45,813 nucleotides of DNA from Desulfovibrio sp. UBA2564 (GCA_002340305.1 DDLU01000046.1:1-45813); one strand, 5' to 3'. Counted from the first letter of the stretch, positions 17,340-28,172 are shown. Program-made: numbers and translations. Notes: a model not told the origin generated them from the letters alone.

Positions 17340-20300
17340 GTGATGATCAACCTTGCGGGATATGAAAATGTTACCCCTATGTATGAAGGGAATGAGATGG
17401 CCCTATACCGGGCTGTCCGGGGTTATGACGACCATCCGGTACTGGTTAAATGCCCCAAAGCGGAACTGCCTTCCCCCCGTATCCTGACCGGGTTGAAAAA
17501 TGAATACGCCACTGCTCAGGAAATCGGCAATTCCAGCATTGTCCAAGCCGTAACCCTGCACCGCACCGACAACTCACTGGCCCTTGTTCTCGAGGACAAA
17601 GGGTACAATCTTTTGAGTTCATTTATTCCGCACTCTAATGCCGACATAAGGGAAAGGCTGCAAATCGCACTACGGATCGCAAATTCCATCAGCCGTTTCC
17701 ACACAAAAGGTTTTCTGCACCGCAACATCAGGCCGGACAGCATTACCATTGCCCCGGACTTCAAAGAAGCACTGCTGACCAACCTGCAACACAGCACCCG
17801 GATTACAGATTCCATTGCCCAGGCTTCTTCAGAAATTATTTCAGCTGATAACATTGCCTACATTTCACCCGAACAAAGTGGCAGGGTCAGTACCGAGCTG
17901 GACAGAAGGTCAGACTTCTACTCATTGGGCATCACCCTGTTTGAACTTTTCACCGGTCGTAAACCATTTGCAACCGGAGATGACCTTGAACTGATCCACT
18001 GTCATCTGGCTAAAGAGCCGCCGGAACCGCAAAGTATTAATCCCGAGATTCCGGCACCGTTATCCGCAGTGATAATGAAACTGCTGGCCAAAAATCCCGG
18101 TGACCGTTACCAGTCTGCCCATGGAATTAAGCAGGACCTGAAAACATGCCTGAATATCCTCGGAAGCGGAGCTTCGGACACCAATTTCATGCCCGGGCAT
18201 CAGGATATCTCGGATGCATTTACGCTCTCCCGTAAACTTTTCGGACGCAAAGAAGAACTTTCAGAGCTAAAAGCAGCATTCGGCAAAGTTATGCTCGGAA
18301 GTTGTGAAACAATTTTCATCAGTGGTGAAGCAGGGACAGGCAAAACATCCCTGCTCCAATCCTTTAGCGAACAGGTCTATAAGGAAAAAGGCGAATTCAT
18401 TTCCGGCAATTTCGATCAATTCCGCCGCAATAGGCCATACAGCGGTTTGATTCAGGCCTTTCAGGAACTTCTGCGCAAAAGACTTTCCAGCCCGGCTCCC
18501 ATCGTTAACGCATGGAAGAAAAGAATTACCAGCGCTCTAGACCAGAATGCCAGCCTGATCAGTGAAGTTCTCCCGGAGCTTGAGCTATTAATTGGCAAAC
18601 AAAAAAAACCTGCAGAACTGAGTTCCACCGAATCCCGGAACAGATTTAATCTGGCCTTCAAAAATTTCATTAAAATTTTTCCGAGTATTGATAAGCCGCT
18701 GGTCCTATTTCTGGATGATCTGCAATGGGCGGACACATCAACCTTACAACTTTTAAAAAGGTTGCTTGAAGATCAGGAAACCTCACACCTGATGCTTATC
18801 TGCGCCTACCGGACCAACCTGCCCATGGACCATGTAGTCAAATCCCGCCTGAAAGACATTGAGGGACTCAGTCCCAAAGTCCGCAGCCTGAAGCTGGGCA
18901 GGCTGAAGCTGCACCATGTTCACGGCTTCATCAGCAGAACTCTGCGGGCTGAAAGACAACGCACAGAAGGGCTGGCCCGTATGGTTTACAGCAGAACCGG
19001 AGGCAACCCACTCTTTGTCCGCGAGTATATGCTCAATATGTACCGGGCGGAGCTTATCAGCTTTAACAGTGAGAAGACCCGCTGGGAATGGGACCTCAAG
19101 GCCATCCGCAACATTTCCATGGACGGCAATCTTGTGGAGCTCATGGCTGAAAAAATCATGACCCAGCCATACGAAGGTCAGGAAATTCTTAAAGCCGCTT
19201 CCGGAATCGGCTGCAAATTCGATCTACGAATTCTTGCTAAAATCGTGGATATACCAAAGAAACCTCTACTTGATTACCTCGACCTTGCTGTACATGAAGG
19301 GTTTCTTGTTACTGACGAAGGGACGAACTCTTTAAGCCCCGGACACGGAAACCCGAGTCCACCGGGCTACCTTTCATTCATGCATGACCGGGTACAGCTG
19401 GCCGCATATTCCATGCTCAATGCTGCAGAAAAAACAAACCTGCACCTGAATATCGGAAGAGCCATGCTCGACCTGTATTCAGAGCAGGAAATAGAAGATT
19501 CCAGTTTTGAAATTGCAGCACAATACTCTCTCTGTATCAGTGCCATAAACGACCCGGATGAAAAAAAGATAATATCATCAATTTTCTTAAAAGCAGGACT
19601 TAAGGCCAAAAGGAGTTCCGCTTTTGAAACTGCGGCAGGTTTCCTTTCCACCGCCGCCCGCTTAATGGGGTCTGAAGGCTGGGAAACACGATACAGGACA
19701 AACTTTGATCTGCATCTGGACTGGTATGAATGTGAATTCCTAAACGGATCTGCAACCCAATCTGAAAATGTGTTCGCAGCAATGATCGAACATTCTCAAA
19801 GCCGTGCCGATACTACCAAAGCACAGCTTTCAAAAATGCAGCTCTTTTCAGACAAAGGAAAATACCACGAAGCGGTAAAAATAGGTTTAGAGACTCTGCA
19901 AAGCTATGGCATCACAATCCCCGAACAGCCTGGAAAACTATCGCTTACAGCAGAGTTGCTCAAAACCAAAGTTATGCTTGGCAACAAGAATCCCCAACAA
20001 CTATTCAACCTGCCGGAAATGACCTCATCCGATGGCCTTGAAATCATGCTTTTGCTGATGCACACCACTGCTCCTGCCTATATGTTCAACAAAAAACTCG
20101 TTTTTTTCATCGTCCTCCAGATGATCCGCTTTTCAATAAAAAACGGAAACAGCCCATCATCATCGTACGGCTATATGTTCTACGCTCTATTTCTGGCTTC
20201 CCGCGAATTTTCATTCAAAAAATCAAAAAAATTTATGCGTCTGGCTGTTGAGCTGAACAAAAAGTTCCAAAACACCGAACTGGAAACAAAAATCAACATG

Positions 20301-23300
20301 CTTCGTGGAGGAATACATGATCACTGGCATGTTCCTTTACAGGAAAACATAAACACTCTCGATAAAGCTTTTCATAACGGTCTCATGCATGGAGACAATA
20401 CCTATGCCCGCTATGCAGGACACTTCGCTGTTCAATTGAAGTTCATGCAGGGAAGCAATCTTTCCGAGGTATACAGCCTTGCAGACCGCTACCTGAACTT
20501 CATTCAGAAAAACAAAAACTCTCTTAGCTCAGGAGCCATAAATATCCCCTTGCAGATGTGTAAAAGCTTGCAGGGTAAAACATACACCCCCGGCTATCTG
20601 GATGACGACACCTTCCGGGAAAGTAAACTGATTGGCGCAGCCAAAAGCAGCGGTTCTGTTGTTATTGAGAACTGGACCTTAACCGCAAAGCTGACCACTC
20701 TCTCCTTTTTTGGATGTCACGCAAAAGCGATAGAATATGTGGATCAACTTTATGACAAAGTAGAAGAATCGCTTTTCGGTATGTATTCTATTGCTGTCTT
20801 TCACATATTCAGCATATTGAACATGGCAGCTCTTTATAACGAAGAATCCTCCCAAAAACGCAGTCAGTTCCAAAAACGCATGGTCCATTCCCTATCCCGT
20901 CTGGCTAAATGGGAAAAATACTGCCCGGAAAATTTCCGCCATATGTATCTGCTCGGCAGTGCGGAACTGGCCCGTCTACGCGGCGACAACAGCAAGGCCC
21001 TGTCGCTATACGAAGAAGCCATCAGTTTCAGCTCCAATGCCGGATATAATAATTTTGCAGCATTAGCTTGTGAACTCGCCGGAAAATTTCATTTCAGCAT
21101 CGGAGGCAACCGCTCCGCCATGTCCATGCTGTCTGAAGCCTGCCATTACTATAACGAATGGGGAGCCACCGCAAAACTACAACGGCTACTCAATGAATAT
21201 CCGCAACTGAGAAAGATCGCCGAAGAAGGATTTTCTGCTTCTGGCTCTGCAAACGGGAAAAACAGCAGTTCCCTTGATATTTCAGCGGTAGTAAAAGCAT
21301 CACAGGCCATTTCCGGCGAAATCGTTCTTGACCGCCTGCTGGATAAATTGATGCGTATTGTTATCGAAAACGCCGGTGCGCAAAAAGCGACCCTGCTCCT
21401 CAACAATAAGAACACCCTTGAACTGACCGCCCATGCTTTTGTTTCCGAGCACGGTATCACCACACAGCCCAATCCCGATCCGGGACAGGAATTATACTGC
21501 CGGAGCATTGTAAACTATGTGCTTCGCTCCAAGGACAACATCGTACTGCGCGATGCCGGGACGCAGGGACCTTTTTCCATCGACAGCTACATCATCAGGA
21601 CCAAGCCGAAATCCATTCTAGCCATGCCGGTCATCAACCAGCAGCTTATGCGCGGGGTTCTCTACCTTGAAAATAACCTCAGCCCGGGGGTTTTCACCGA
21701 TGACCGTCTGGAAGTACTGAACCTGCTTTGCTCCCAGGCCGCTATCTCCATCCAGAACGCACGGCTCTATTCAGATCTGCGCGACTCTGAAACCCAGCAC
21801 CGTACCCTGCTCGAAAGCATCAATGTAGGGGTATTCAGGGCTGAAGCAGATGCCGACGGCCTGCTGCTCAAGGCCAACCGTGCACTTGCGGAAATGTTCG
21901 GCTACCGTGGCTGGAATGAATTCCGCAAAACCCAAGTCAGGACTTTGTATGTCCGGCCTGCAATGCATCAGGAAATAGTCAATGAACTCCTCGAAGGCGG
22001 AATTATCCGGGACCGGGAAATAAACATGCGCAGACAGGATGGAACCCCAATCTGGGTAAACATGACTGTTTCCATGGAAAAGAACGGTAACAAGAGCAAA
22101 TGCCTTGAAGGTGTTCTTGAAGATATTACTGAGAAGAGAAAAGCGCAGGAAATGGAAAAGGCTAAAGTTGCGGCTGATGCCGCCAACAAAGCCAAAACTG
22201 ATTTTCTGGCCAGCATGTCGCACGAAATCAGAACCCCGATGAATGCCATTCTGGGCATGGCAGATATGCTATGGGAATCCAGACTAAGCCAGATACAGCG
22301 CAACTATGTAAAAATTTTCAAAAATGCAGGTGAGAACCTGCTTCTATTGATCAACGATATTCTTGATCTTTCAAAGATTGAAGCAGGGCAGATTAATCTG
22401 GAAAAAATCGACTTCAATCTCGAAGAGCTATTTGAAGAAATCGGTTCCATTTTCGCTCTCAGGGCTCAAGTAAAAAAAGTTGATTTCTGCTGGTATATCG
22501 AACCGGATGTGCCGCGTATAATCACCGGGGACCCGACCCGCCTGCGCCAGATTATAGTGAACCTTATCGGCAACTCACTCAAGTTCACTGATAAAGGGAC
22601 AATCACCTTTGAAGCAAGCATAACTGAATCGGGATACCTGCGCTTCATGATCAAAGATACCGGAGTTGGAATCCCTAGAGAAAAAATGAATTCGATTTTT
22701 GATACCTTCTCGCAGGCGGATTCATCCACAACACGCAACTATGGCGGAACAGGCCTTGGACTTTCCATCTGCACACGCATGGTCGAAAGCATGAGCGGGG
22801 GGATTTTCGTTTCCAGCGCCGAAAGTGAAGGAGCTACGTTCGTTTTCACCATCAATGCAGAATTTCCCATGCAACCCAATCTGGGAGCCTGCCTTAATGA
22901 CTGTTCCATCCTGCTTGTGGACCGCGACTCCGTTTGCAGAGATTTCCTTTGCCGCAGCCTGAGTGATCTGGGCGCAAAGGTATATGTTGCAAACAGCCTC
23001 GAGGCTTCATCTGAATTTGCAGATGAAATCTCTCTTTCGACAAACTGCAACAACACGCTAATAGTCGGTCAGCCGGACGGAGAAGACGACCATTTCGAAA
23101 TATTGAAAAAACTCAAACACGGTCCCTGCCGTGGCTGGAAACTGATGATGATCATGGAAGCCAAACCCCAGCCACGCGCAACAGCACGTGCGAAGCAGCT
23201 AGGTGCGACATACGTACATCGCCCGGTCCATTCGCAAGCCATTGTAGAAGACATCCGCTACGCAAACTCCTGTGAAACCCTAATAGAAGACATAGAAGAA

Positions 23301-23750
23301 AACGGAATAATTCAGGAGACCGAACAGACTGGAATGATAGGGAATTCCACCACTCAGAAAACAGAATCTACAATTCTCCCAATTCTGCTAGTTGAAGACT
23401 CAGAAGACAACCGCATGGTCATTGATCTATTTCTGCAAGACACCTCATACGAGATAAGTTATGCCGAAAACGGTCAGGAGGGGCTGGATAGATTCAAAGA
23501 AGGAAAATACGGCGTAGTGCTCATGGATATTCAAATGCCAATTATGGACGGTTACGAAGCAACCAAAGCCATCCGGGAATATGAAAGGGAAAACAGCCTC
23601 CCTCCTACCCCGATCATGGCCCTGACCGCCAACGCATTCAAAGATGATGAACAGCGTGCACTGGAATGCGGCTGCAATACCCACATGGCTAAACCGGTCA
23701 AAAAGAAAAAGCTGCTTCGGGCTTTGAAAGAATATTTAGGTGAAAGCTAG
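17340..23750 (+). CDS. Hybrid sensor: degenerate Ser/Thr kinase - AAA ATPase - helical repeats - GAF - PAS - His kinase - REC
   Basis: YISPEQSGR/RSDFYSLG kinase lobe; GEAGTGKT and FLDDLQWAD; GAF (LYLENN); HisKA SMSHEIRTPMNAI; GGTGLGL; REC LMDIQMPIMDG. Confidence 0.92.
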   Translation: MMINLAGYENVTPMYEGNEMALYRAVRGYDDHPVLVKCPKAELPSPRILTGLKNEYATAQEIGNSSIVQAVTLHRTDNSLALVLEDKGYNLLSSFIPHSNADIRERLQIALRIANSISRFHTKGFLHRNIRPDSITIAPDFKEALLTNLQHSTRITDSIAQASSEIISADNIAYISPEQSGRVSTELDRRSDFYSLGITLFELFTGRKPFATGDDLELIHCHLAKEPPEPQSINPEIPAPLSAVIMKLLAKNPGDRYQSAHGIKQDLKTCLNILGSGASDTNFMPGHQDISDAFTLSRKLFGRKEELSELKAAFGKVMLGSCETIFISGEAGTGKTSLLQSFSEQVYKEKGEFISGNFDQFRRNRPYSGLIQAFQELLRKRLSSPAPIVNAWKKRITSALDQNASLISEVLPELELLIGKQKKPAELSSTESRNRFNLAFKNFIKIFPSIDKPLVLFLDDLQWADTSTLQLLKRLLEDQETSHLMLICAYRTNLPMDHVVKSRLKDIEGLSPKVRSLKLGRLKLHHVHGFISRTLRAERQRTEGLARMVYSRTGGNPLFVREYMLNMYRAELISFNSEKTRWEWDLKAIRNISMDGNLVELMAEKIMTQPYEGQEILKAASGIGCKFDLRILAKIVDIPKKPLLDYLDLAVHEGFLVTDEGTNSLSPGHGNPSPPGYLSFMHDRVQLAAYSMLNAAEKTNLHLNIGRAMLDLYSEQEIEDSSFEIAAQYSLCISAINDPDEKKIISSIFLKAGLKAKRSSAFETAAGFLSTAARLMGSEGWETRYRTNFDLHLDWYECEFLNGSATQSENVFAAMIEHSQSRADTTKAQLSKMQLFSDKGKYHEAVKIGLETLQSYGITIPEQPGKLSLTAELLKTKVMLGNKNPQQLFNLPEMTSSDGLEIMLLLMHTTAPAYMFNKKLVFFIVLQMIRFSIKNGNSPSSSYGYMFYALFLASREFSFKKSKKFMRLAVELNKKFQNTELETKINMLRGGIHDHWHVPLQENINTLDKAFHNGLMHGDNTYARYAGHFAVQLKFMQGSNLSEVYSLADRYLNFIQKNKNSLSSGAINIPLQMCKSLQGKTYTPGYLDDDTFRESKLIGAAKSSGSVVIENWTLTAKLTTLSFFGCHAKAIEYVDQLYDKVEESLFGMYSIAVFHIFSILNMAALYNEESSQKRSQFQKRMVHSLSRLAKWEKYCPENFRHMYLLGSAELARLRGDNSKALSLYEEAISFSSNAGYNNFAALACELAGKFHFSIGGNRSAMSMLSEACHYYNEWGATAKLQRLLNEYPQLRKIAEEGFSASGSANGKNSSSLDISAVVKASQAISGEIVLDRLLDKLMRIVIENAGAQKATLLLNNKNTLELTAHAFVSEHGITTQPNPDPGQELYCRSIVNYVLRSKDNIVLRDAGTQGPFSIDSYIIRTKPKSILAMPVINQQLMRGVLYLENNLSPGVFTDDRLEVLNLLCSQAAISIQNARLYSDLRDSETQHRTLLESINVGVFRAEADADGLLLKANRALAEMFGYRGWNEFRKTQVRTLYVRPAMHQEIVNELLEGGIIRDREINMRRQDGTPIWVNMTVSMEKNGNKSKCLEGVLEDITEKRKAQEMEKAKVAADAANKAKTDFLASMSHEIRTPMNAILGMADMLWESRLSQIQRNYVKIFKNAGENLLLLINDILDLSKIEAGQINLEKIDFNLEELFEEIGSIFALRAQVKKVDFCWYIEPDVPRIITGDPTRLRQIIVNLIGNSLKFTDKGTITFEASITESGYLRFMIKDTGVGIPREKMNSIFDTFSQADSSTTRNYGGTGLGLSICTRMVESMSGGIFVSSAESEGATFVFTINAEFPMQPNLGACLNDCSILLVDRDSVCRDFLCRSLSDLGAKVYVANSLEASSEFADEISLSTNCNNTLIVGQPDGEDDHFEILKKLKHGPCRGWKLMMIMEAKPQPRATARAKQLGATYVHRPVHSQAIVEDIRYANSCETLIEDIEENGIIQETEQTGMIGNSTTQKTESTILPILLVEDSEDNRMVIDLFLQDTSYEISYAENGQEGLDRFKEGKYGVVLMDIQMPIMDGYEATKAIREYERENSLPPTPIMALTANAFKDDEQRALECGCNTHMAKPVKKKKLLRALKEYLGES

Positions 23751-24025
23751 CCACGCCACAATCTTGAGGTGTGTATAACTCGCAAGATTCGCACTTGCGA
23801 AGTGATGCGGTATAAAAGGAAATACGGCAGATCAGGAGTCACAAGTTCTCTACGCTGAGGCAAAACAGACTCTCTGCCTGAATGTGGAAATTTTTCTAAA
23901 CGTGAAGTGGAATCAAGCAGACGGGAAATTATTTCAAGACCTATACTCTCTTCTCCATTACTCTTAAAATATTCGAGAATTTGGTCCAGATCATTTTCAG
24001 CTGACTTGGACCAGATTACTTGCAT
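23747..24025 (-). CDS. Type II toxin, RelE/ParE family
   Basis: VIWSKSAENDLDQI..., LEKFPHSGR, YFLLYRI, ILRVIHTSR; overlaps antitoxin. Confidence 0.88.
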   Translation of the reverse strand: MQVIWSKSAENDLDQILEYFKSNGEESIGLEIISRLLDSTSRLEKFPHSGRESVLPQRRELVTPDLPYFLLYRITSQVRILRVIHTSRLWRG

Positions 24026-24258
24026 TTTACGCCGAGTCTTTTGAATTTTGCCTTGATATCATCATGGGTTTTAAAATCACCACGCTCAATATCATCTTCG
24101 CCCTGCCGTGCTTCTTCAGCATACCAAGTTAGATATTCAAGATAATGGTTAACGGCATTTTTGATAATACTGGAACGACTCGTTCCTAGATTATCTGCCA
24201 TTTCTTCCAGCCTGATGAGGGTGTTATCGTCAAACCTTGTGCTAATTCCTTTCTGCAT
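24016..24258 (-). CDS. CopG/RHH antitoxin
   Basis: ISTRFDD...LEEMADNLGTSRSSIIKNAV ribbon-helix-helix, acidic C-terminus, directly upstream of toxin. Confidence 0.85.
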   Translation of the reverse strand: MQKGISTRFDDNTLIRLEEMADNLGTSRSSIIKNAVNHYLEYLTWYAEEARQGEDDIERGDFKTHDDIKAKFKRLGVKCK

Positions 24259-24270
24259 ACCTTAACCTCC

Positions 24271-24289
24271 GTATCACAGATAGTAATAC
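24271..24289. promoter_or_regulatory. Probable TA autoregulatory operator
   Basis: GTATCAC-N5-GTAATAC inverted repeat just upstream of antitoxin RBS. Confidence 0.45.
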
Positions 24290-24320
24290 AGAAAAATCCC
24301 ACTGTCTATGTTGATCCCCC

Positions 24321-25295
24321 CTACCAACGGCGGGTAAGAGCACTCCGCCAGCCGGCAGGTATAAATTTTTCGTAAGCCTTACCCACATCCTCAAGTCTGG
24401 TCATTTCACCCGAAAGGCCGATGGCGTATGGTTTCATTAGTCTCAGGGGATATTCTTCATCTGTAAGCTGAAATCCGGCAGAGCTGTCCAAGACAGTCAA
24501 CATCTCGTCGGGAGTGCGTCCGACAAGTACTGATTCGGGAAAAAATCCTGCGTGGGCTGTTTGTTCCTCAAGGCCTTCGAAAAGGGTTTTGCTGATGAAT
24601 ATGAAATCTTCTTTCCAGAGGCTGCGTCCGGAACTGGGGAGGGTTTCATTGCAAACAAAATGAAGCTTGCGCCCTTCCAGAAAACCGTAGCTGTCCACCT
24701 TCTTGGCATCAGAAACAAGAACGTTACCCACGCCCATCCTGCCCAGCACTTCATTGGTGCGCTCGGCAACGATCTGATTGCGCTCTATTCCCACCAGAGA
24801 GCAGCCTTCAAAACCATTGCGCCGGGACTGCACGTCCATTGCCAGCATGAGGAGACCCGTACCGGACCCGATATCCAGTCCGGTAAAAGGCCCACCGTCC
24901 AATTGCGGTTTGGCTTCGGCTATGGCCTTGAAGATATGCACACTTTTGGGCAAGTCAGCCAGCATGCACAGGGCAAAGCCATAGGAAAGCAACTGCTTAC
25001 GTAGATCAAGGCAGTTCTCAAGAACATCACTGCCCAGCCTGCGATGCACAAAACGATCAAAAAGCAGCGAGACTTCATCAAGCCCCAGTACCTGCTCGTG
25101 TGAACCGGGATAAACATAGGCATGAAAAAATTTTACCATTATGTTCAGCAGCAACGGACCGTCCAATTCAACACCGGGATTACCAGCCTCGGCAAGATCG
25201 TCATTAAGTGATGTATGACGATAAATTTCTCCCGGCAAAACAGTCTCTTCCATTGCCGGACGCTGTAATAAACGCAAACTGGCTTTTTTGATCAT
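24321..25295 (-). CDS. Putative class I SAM-dependent methyltransferase
   Basis: GLDIGSGTG motif I, VGIERN, VSDA, CNETLP. Confidence 0.65.
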   Translation of the reverse strand: MIKKASLRLLQRPAMEETVLPGEIYRHTSLNDDLAEAGNPGVELDGPLLLNIMVKFFHAYVYPGSHEQVLGLDEVSLLFDRFVHRRLGSDVLENCLDLRKQLLSYGFALCMLADLPKSVHIFKAIAEAKPQLDGGPFTGLDIGSGTGLLMLAMDVQSRRNGFEGCSLVGIERNQIVAERTNEVLGRMGVGNVLVSDAKKVDSYGFLEGRKLHFVCNETLPSSGRSLWKEDFIFISKTLFEGLEEQTAHAGFFPESVLVGRTPDEMLTVLDSSAGFQLTDEEYPLRLMKPYAIGLSGEMTRLEDVGKAYEKFIPAGWRSALTRRW

Positions 25296-25517
25296 TGTCC
25301 CTACCTGCCTTGTTTTTCTACTGCTGCTGAAACTAAAATATACCGTCTTTTACAATCTATTACCACTTAATTAGGGCAATCTAAGACTTGACCTTTGCGC
25401 TAATCCTGATACGGACAACCCAGCACTTGCGATGAACGTATCTATAACTAATGGCAAAAAAGCCTTTAGCAAAGTTCATTGTCACGATCAAAATATAATC
25501 AATACACAGGAACAATC

Positions 25518-27119
25518 ATGTCCCAGAATGTAGATCCCAATATTAAAAAAGAAGTTGAACGCCGCCGGACTTTCGGCATCATCAGTCACCCTGATGCGGG
25601 TAAAACCACCCTGACTGAAAAACTCCTCCTTTATGGTGGTGCGATTCAGATGGCCGGGACGGTTAAATCCCGTAAAGCCGCCCGCCATGCCACCTCCGAC
25701 TGGATGGCAATGGAACAGGAACGTGGTATTTCCGTAACCACCTCGGTGATGAAGTTCAACTACCACGACTACGAAGTTAACCTGCTCGATACCCCCGGTC
25801 ACCAGGACTTCTCCGAAGACACCTACCGCGTTCTGACCGCCGTAGACTCCGCACTTATGGTCATTGACTGTGCAAAAGGTGTTGAGGTTCAGACCAAGAA
25901 GCTGATGGAAGTCTGCCGTATGCGCGACACACCCATTATCACCTTCATCAACAAGCTCGACCGCGAAGGTATTGATCCCTTCGACCTCTTGCAGGACATT
26001 GAAGAGACCCTGAGCATCGAATGCGCACCGCTCAGCTGGCCCGTAGGTATGGGATCCGACTTCAAGGGTACCTACAACATCCACAAAGGAGAGCTTCACC
26101 TCTTCTCCGCCATTCACGGCGGCGGCATCCAGAAGGGTGAGGTTATCAAAGATCTTTCCGATCCCCGTCTGGACGAACTGCTCGGCGATCAGGCCGGCAA
26201 TCTCCGTGAAGAACTGGAACTGCTCGAAGGCGCAGGCTATCCTTTTGACAAGGAACGTTATCTCGCAGGTAAACAGACCCCGGTTTTCTTCGGCAGTGCC
26301 ATCAACAACTTCGGTGTTCAGGAAATGCTGGATTCCTTTGTTGAACTGGCTCCGCATCCCAAACCGCGCGCCACAACTTCCCGCGAAGTTTCTCCCTTTG
26401 AACCCGGTTTTTCCGCTGTGGCCTTTAAAATTCAGGCCAACATGGACCCTGCACACCGTGACCGCATCGCTTTCATGCGCATCTGTTCCGGTAAGTTCAA
26501 GCGCGGAATGAAAGTCCGTCACCACCGCATTGGTAAGGACGTTCAGATCGCCAACGCAACCATCTTCATGGCGCAGGACCGAACAGGTGTAGAAGAAGCC
26601 TACCCCGGCGATATCATCGGCGTACACAACCACGGGACCATCAAGATCGGCGATACCTTCACCTCGTCCAAGGAAGAGCTTAAGTTCACCGGAATCCCCA
26701 ACTTTGCGCCTGAACATTTCCGCCGCGTTATCCTCAAGGATCCGCTCAAAAGTAAGCAGCTTGACAAAGGCCTGCACCAGCTTGCTGAAGAAGGTGCGGT
26801 ACAGCTCTTTAAGCCGCTGGGCAACAACGACAAGATTCTCGGCGCAGTAGGCCTGCTCCAGTTTGATGTGATCATGTCACGCCTCAAGGATGAATATGGT
26901 GTTGCTGCTCTCTACGAGCCGGTTGAATACCACACCGCCCGCTGGATCGGCAGTGACGAGCCGAGGGAAATCGACGGAATCAAGAAACGATACCCCCGTT
27001 TCGTAGCCCTTGACGGTGACGACAACCTGACCTTCCTCGCTCCCAGCCAGTGGCGTTTGCAGCAGGCTGAAGAGGAATGGCCCAAAATTAAATTTAACAA
27101 GACCTGCGAGCATCAATAG
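25518..27119 (+). CDS. prfC: Peptide chain release factor 3
   Basis: [53 protein letters not shown]; start ATG 25518 behind CAGGA. Confidence 0.97.
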   Translation: MSQNVDPNIKKEVERRRTFGIISHPDAGKTTLTEKLLLYGGAIQMAGTVKSRKAARHATSDWMAMEQERGISVTTSVMKFNYHDYEVNLLDTPGHQDFSEDTYRVLTAVDSALMVIDCAKGVEVQTKKLMEVCRMRDTPIITFINKLDREGIDPFDLLQDIEETLSIECAPLSWPVGMGSDFKGTYNIHKGELHLFSAIHGGGIQKGEVIKDLSDPRLDELLGDQAGNLREELELLEGAGYPFDKERYLAGKQTPVFFGSAINNFGVQEMLDSFVELAPHPKPRATTSREVSPFEPGFSAVAFKIQANMDPAHRDRIAFMRICSGKFKRGMKVRHHRIGKDVQIANATIFMAQDRTGVEEAYPGDIIGVHNHGTIKIGDTFTSSKEELKFTGIPNFAPEHFRRVILKDPLKSKQLDKGLHQLAEEGAVQLFKPLGNNDKILGAVGLLQFDVIMSRLKDEYGVAALYEPVEYHTARWIGSDEPREIDGIKKRYPRFVALDGDDNLTFLAPSQWRLQQAEEEWPKIKFNKTCEHQ

Positions 27120-27155
27120 AAAATTGATGCGCTGCGCGCTTTAAGAATTAAAAGA

Positions 27156-27382
27156 GCCTCCGGCAGCCCTGCGGGGGCCTCTCCGAGGGCCGAAGGGACT
27201 AAGCCTCTTTGGAAACCCTAGTAGGGTAAGTAGACAAAACTAATTCAAATTTAGCTGATTAAAACGTTTTGGGATTCTTAAACCCTTTTGGAAAAGGGTT
27301 TAAGAATCCCGGCAAGCCTTACAGACACTTAACGAGTCTTCGAGTTTAGTGCTCTGTTGAGAGCACAGATGCCGCCGAAGGC
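27156..27382. repeat. REPIN-like palindromic intergenic element (copy B)
   Basis: Ends GCCTCCGGCAGC ... GCCGCCGAAGGC; core GGGATTCTTAAACCCTTTTGGAAAAGGGTTTAAGAATCCC. Confidence 0.8.
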
Positions 27383-27430
27383 ATCCACTGGTCAGAAGGG
27401 GTTGACGAAGGAGTGTTTGGCTAATATCCA

Positions 27431-27530
27431 CAGGGGATACTTTTTATCCTGCTCGCCCGTGGTTTTTCAGGAATTGATAATCCTGAAGCATCACGGGCCG
27501 GTAGGAATTCTTTGCTTCCCTGCAAGGGAA
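27431..27530 (+). ncRNA. Candidate structured leader or small RNA
   Basis: Long imperfect hairpin 27447-27506 with G-U pairs on + strand; preceded by TTGACG-17-TATCCA. Confidence 0.3.
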
Positions 27531-27556
27531 CGTAATTACTACCGAGCTTAATATTT

Positions 27557-28153
27557 ATGCAAGTACCTGAACAATATAAGAAAAAATTTACTAAAGACGA
27601 AATTAACGAAATGCCCCTTCGCCAGTACGAAGGCCCCATCAAGCTCATTGACCGCGAGGAAGATGTTCCTGCGGCAATTGAGGAACTCGGCCGCTGTAAA
27701 CTGCTCGGCTTTGATACCGAAACCCGTCCGGTCTTCCGCAAAGGGGTTTCCTATCCCCCTTCCCTGATCCAGCTTGCTACAGAAGATTGTGTATATCTTC
27801 TGCATCTCAACCACATTTCCCTTTCTAATCATATTAAAGAAGTTCTCTCTTCTGCCGATATAATCAAAACAGGGGTTGCGGTAATCAATGATGTTAAGGA
27901 ATTACGCGAGGTATCTCCCTTTGACGGGAAAGGATTCGTAGACCTTGGCGATTTAGCCAGATCACTCGAAATGCAGACCAACGGACTGCGCAATCTGGCT
28001 GCCAACCTGCTTGGCTTCCGCATCTCCAAAGGTGTGCAATGCTCCAACTGGGGCCGCAAGGAACTGACCCCGCAACAGATCACCTACGCAGCAACCGATG
28101 CATGGGTAAGCCGCGAGATCTACCTGAAATTTCAGGAACTCGGCGTACTTTAA
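27557..28153 (+). CDS. 3'-5' exonuclease (DEDDy, WRN/RNase D-like)
   Basis: GFDTETRP, LIQLA, SNW, YAATDAW motifs. Confidence 0.9.
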   Translation: MQVPEQYKKKFTKDEINEMPLRQYEGPIKLIDREEDVPAAIEELGRCKLLGFDTETRPVFRKGVSYPPSLIQLATEDCVYLLHLNHISLSNHIKEVLSSADIIKTGVAVINDVKELREVSPFDGKGFVDLGDLARSLEMQTNGLRNLAANLLGFRISKGVQCSNWGRKELTPQQITYAATDAWVSREIYLKFQELGVL

Positions 28154-28172
28154 GGAAAGGATTAGGACCACC

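Noticed and set aside
25488-26777. 429-aa - strand ORF
   Set aside because: Antisense shadow of prfC
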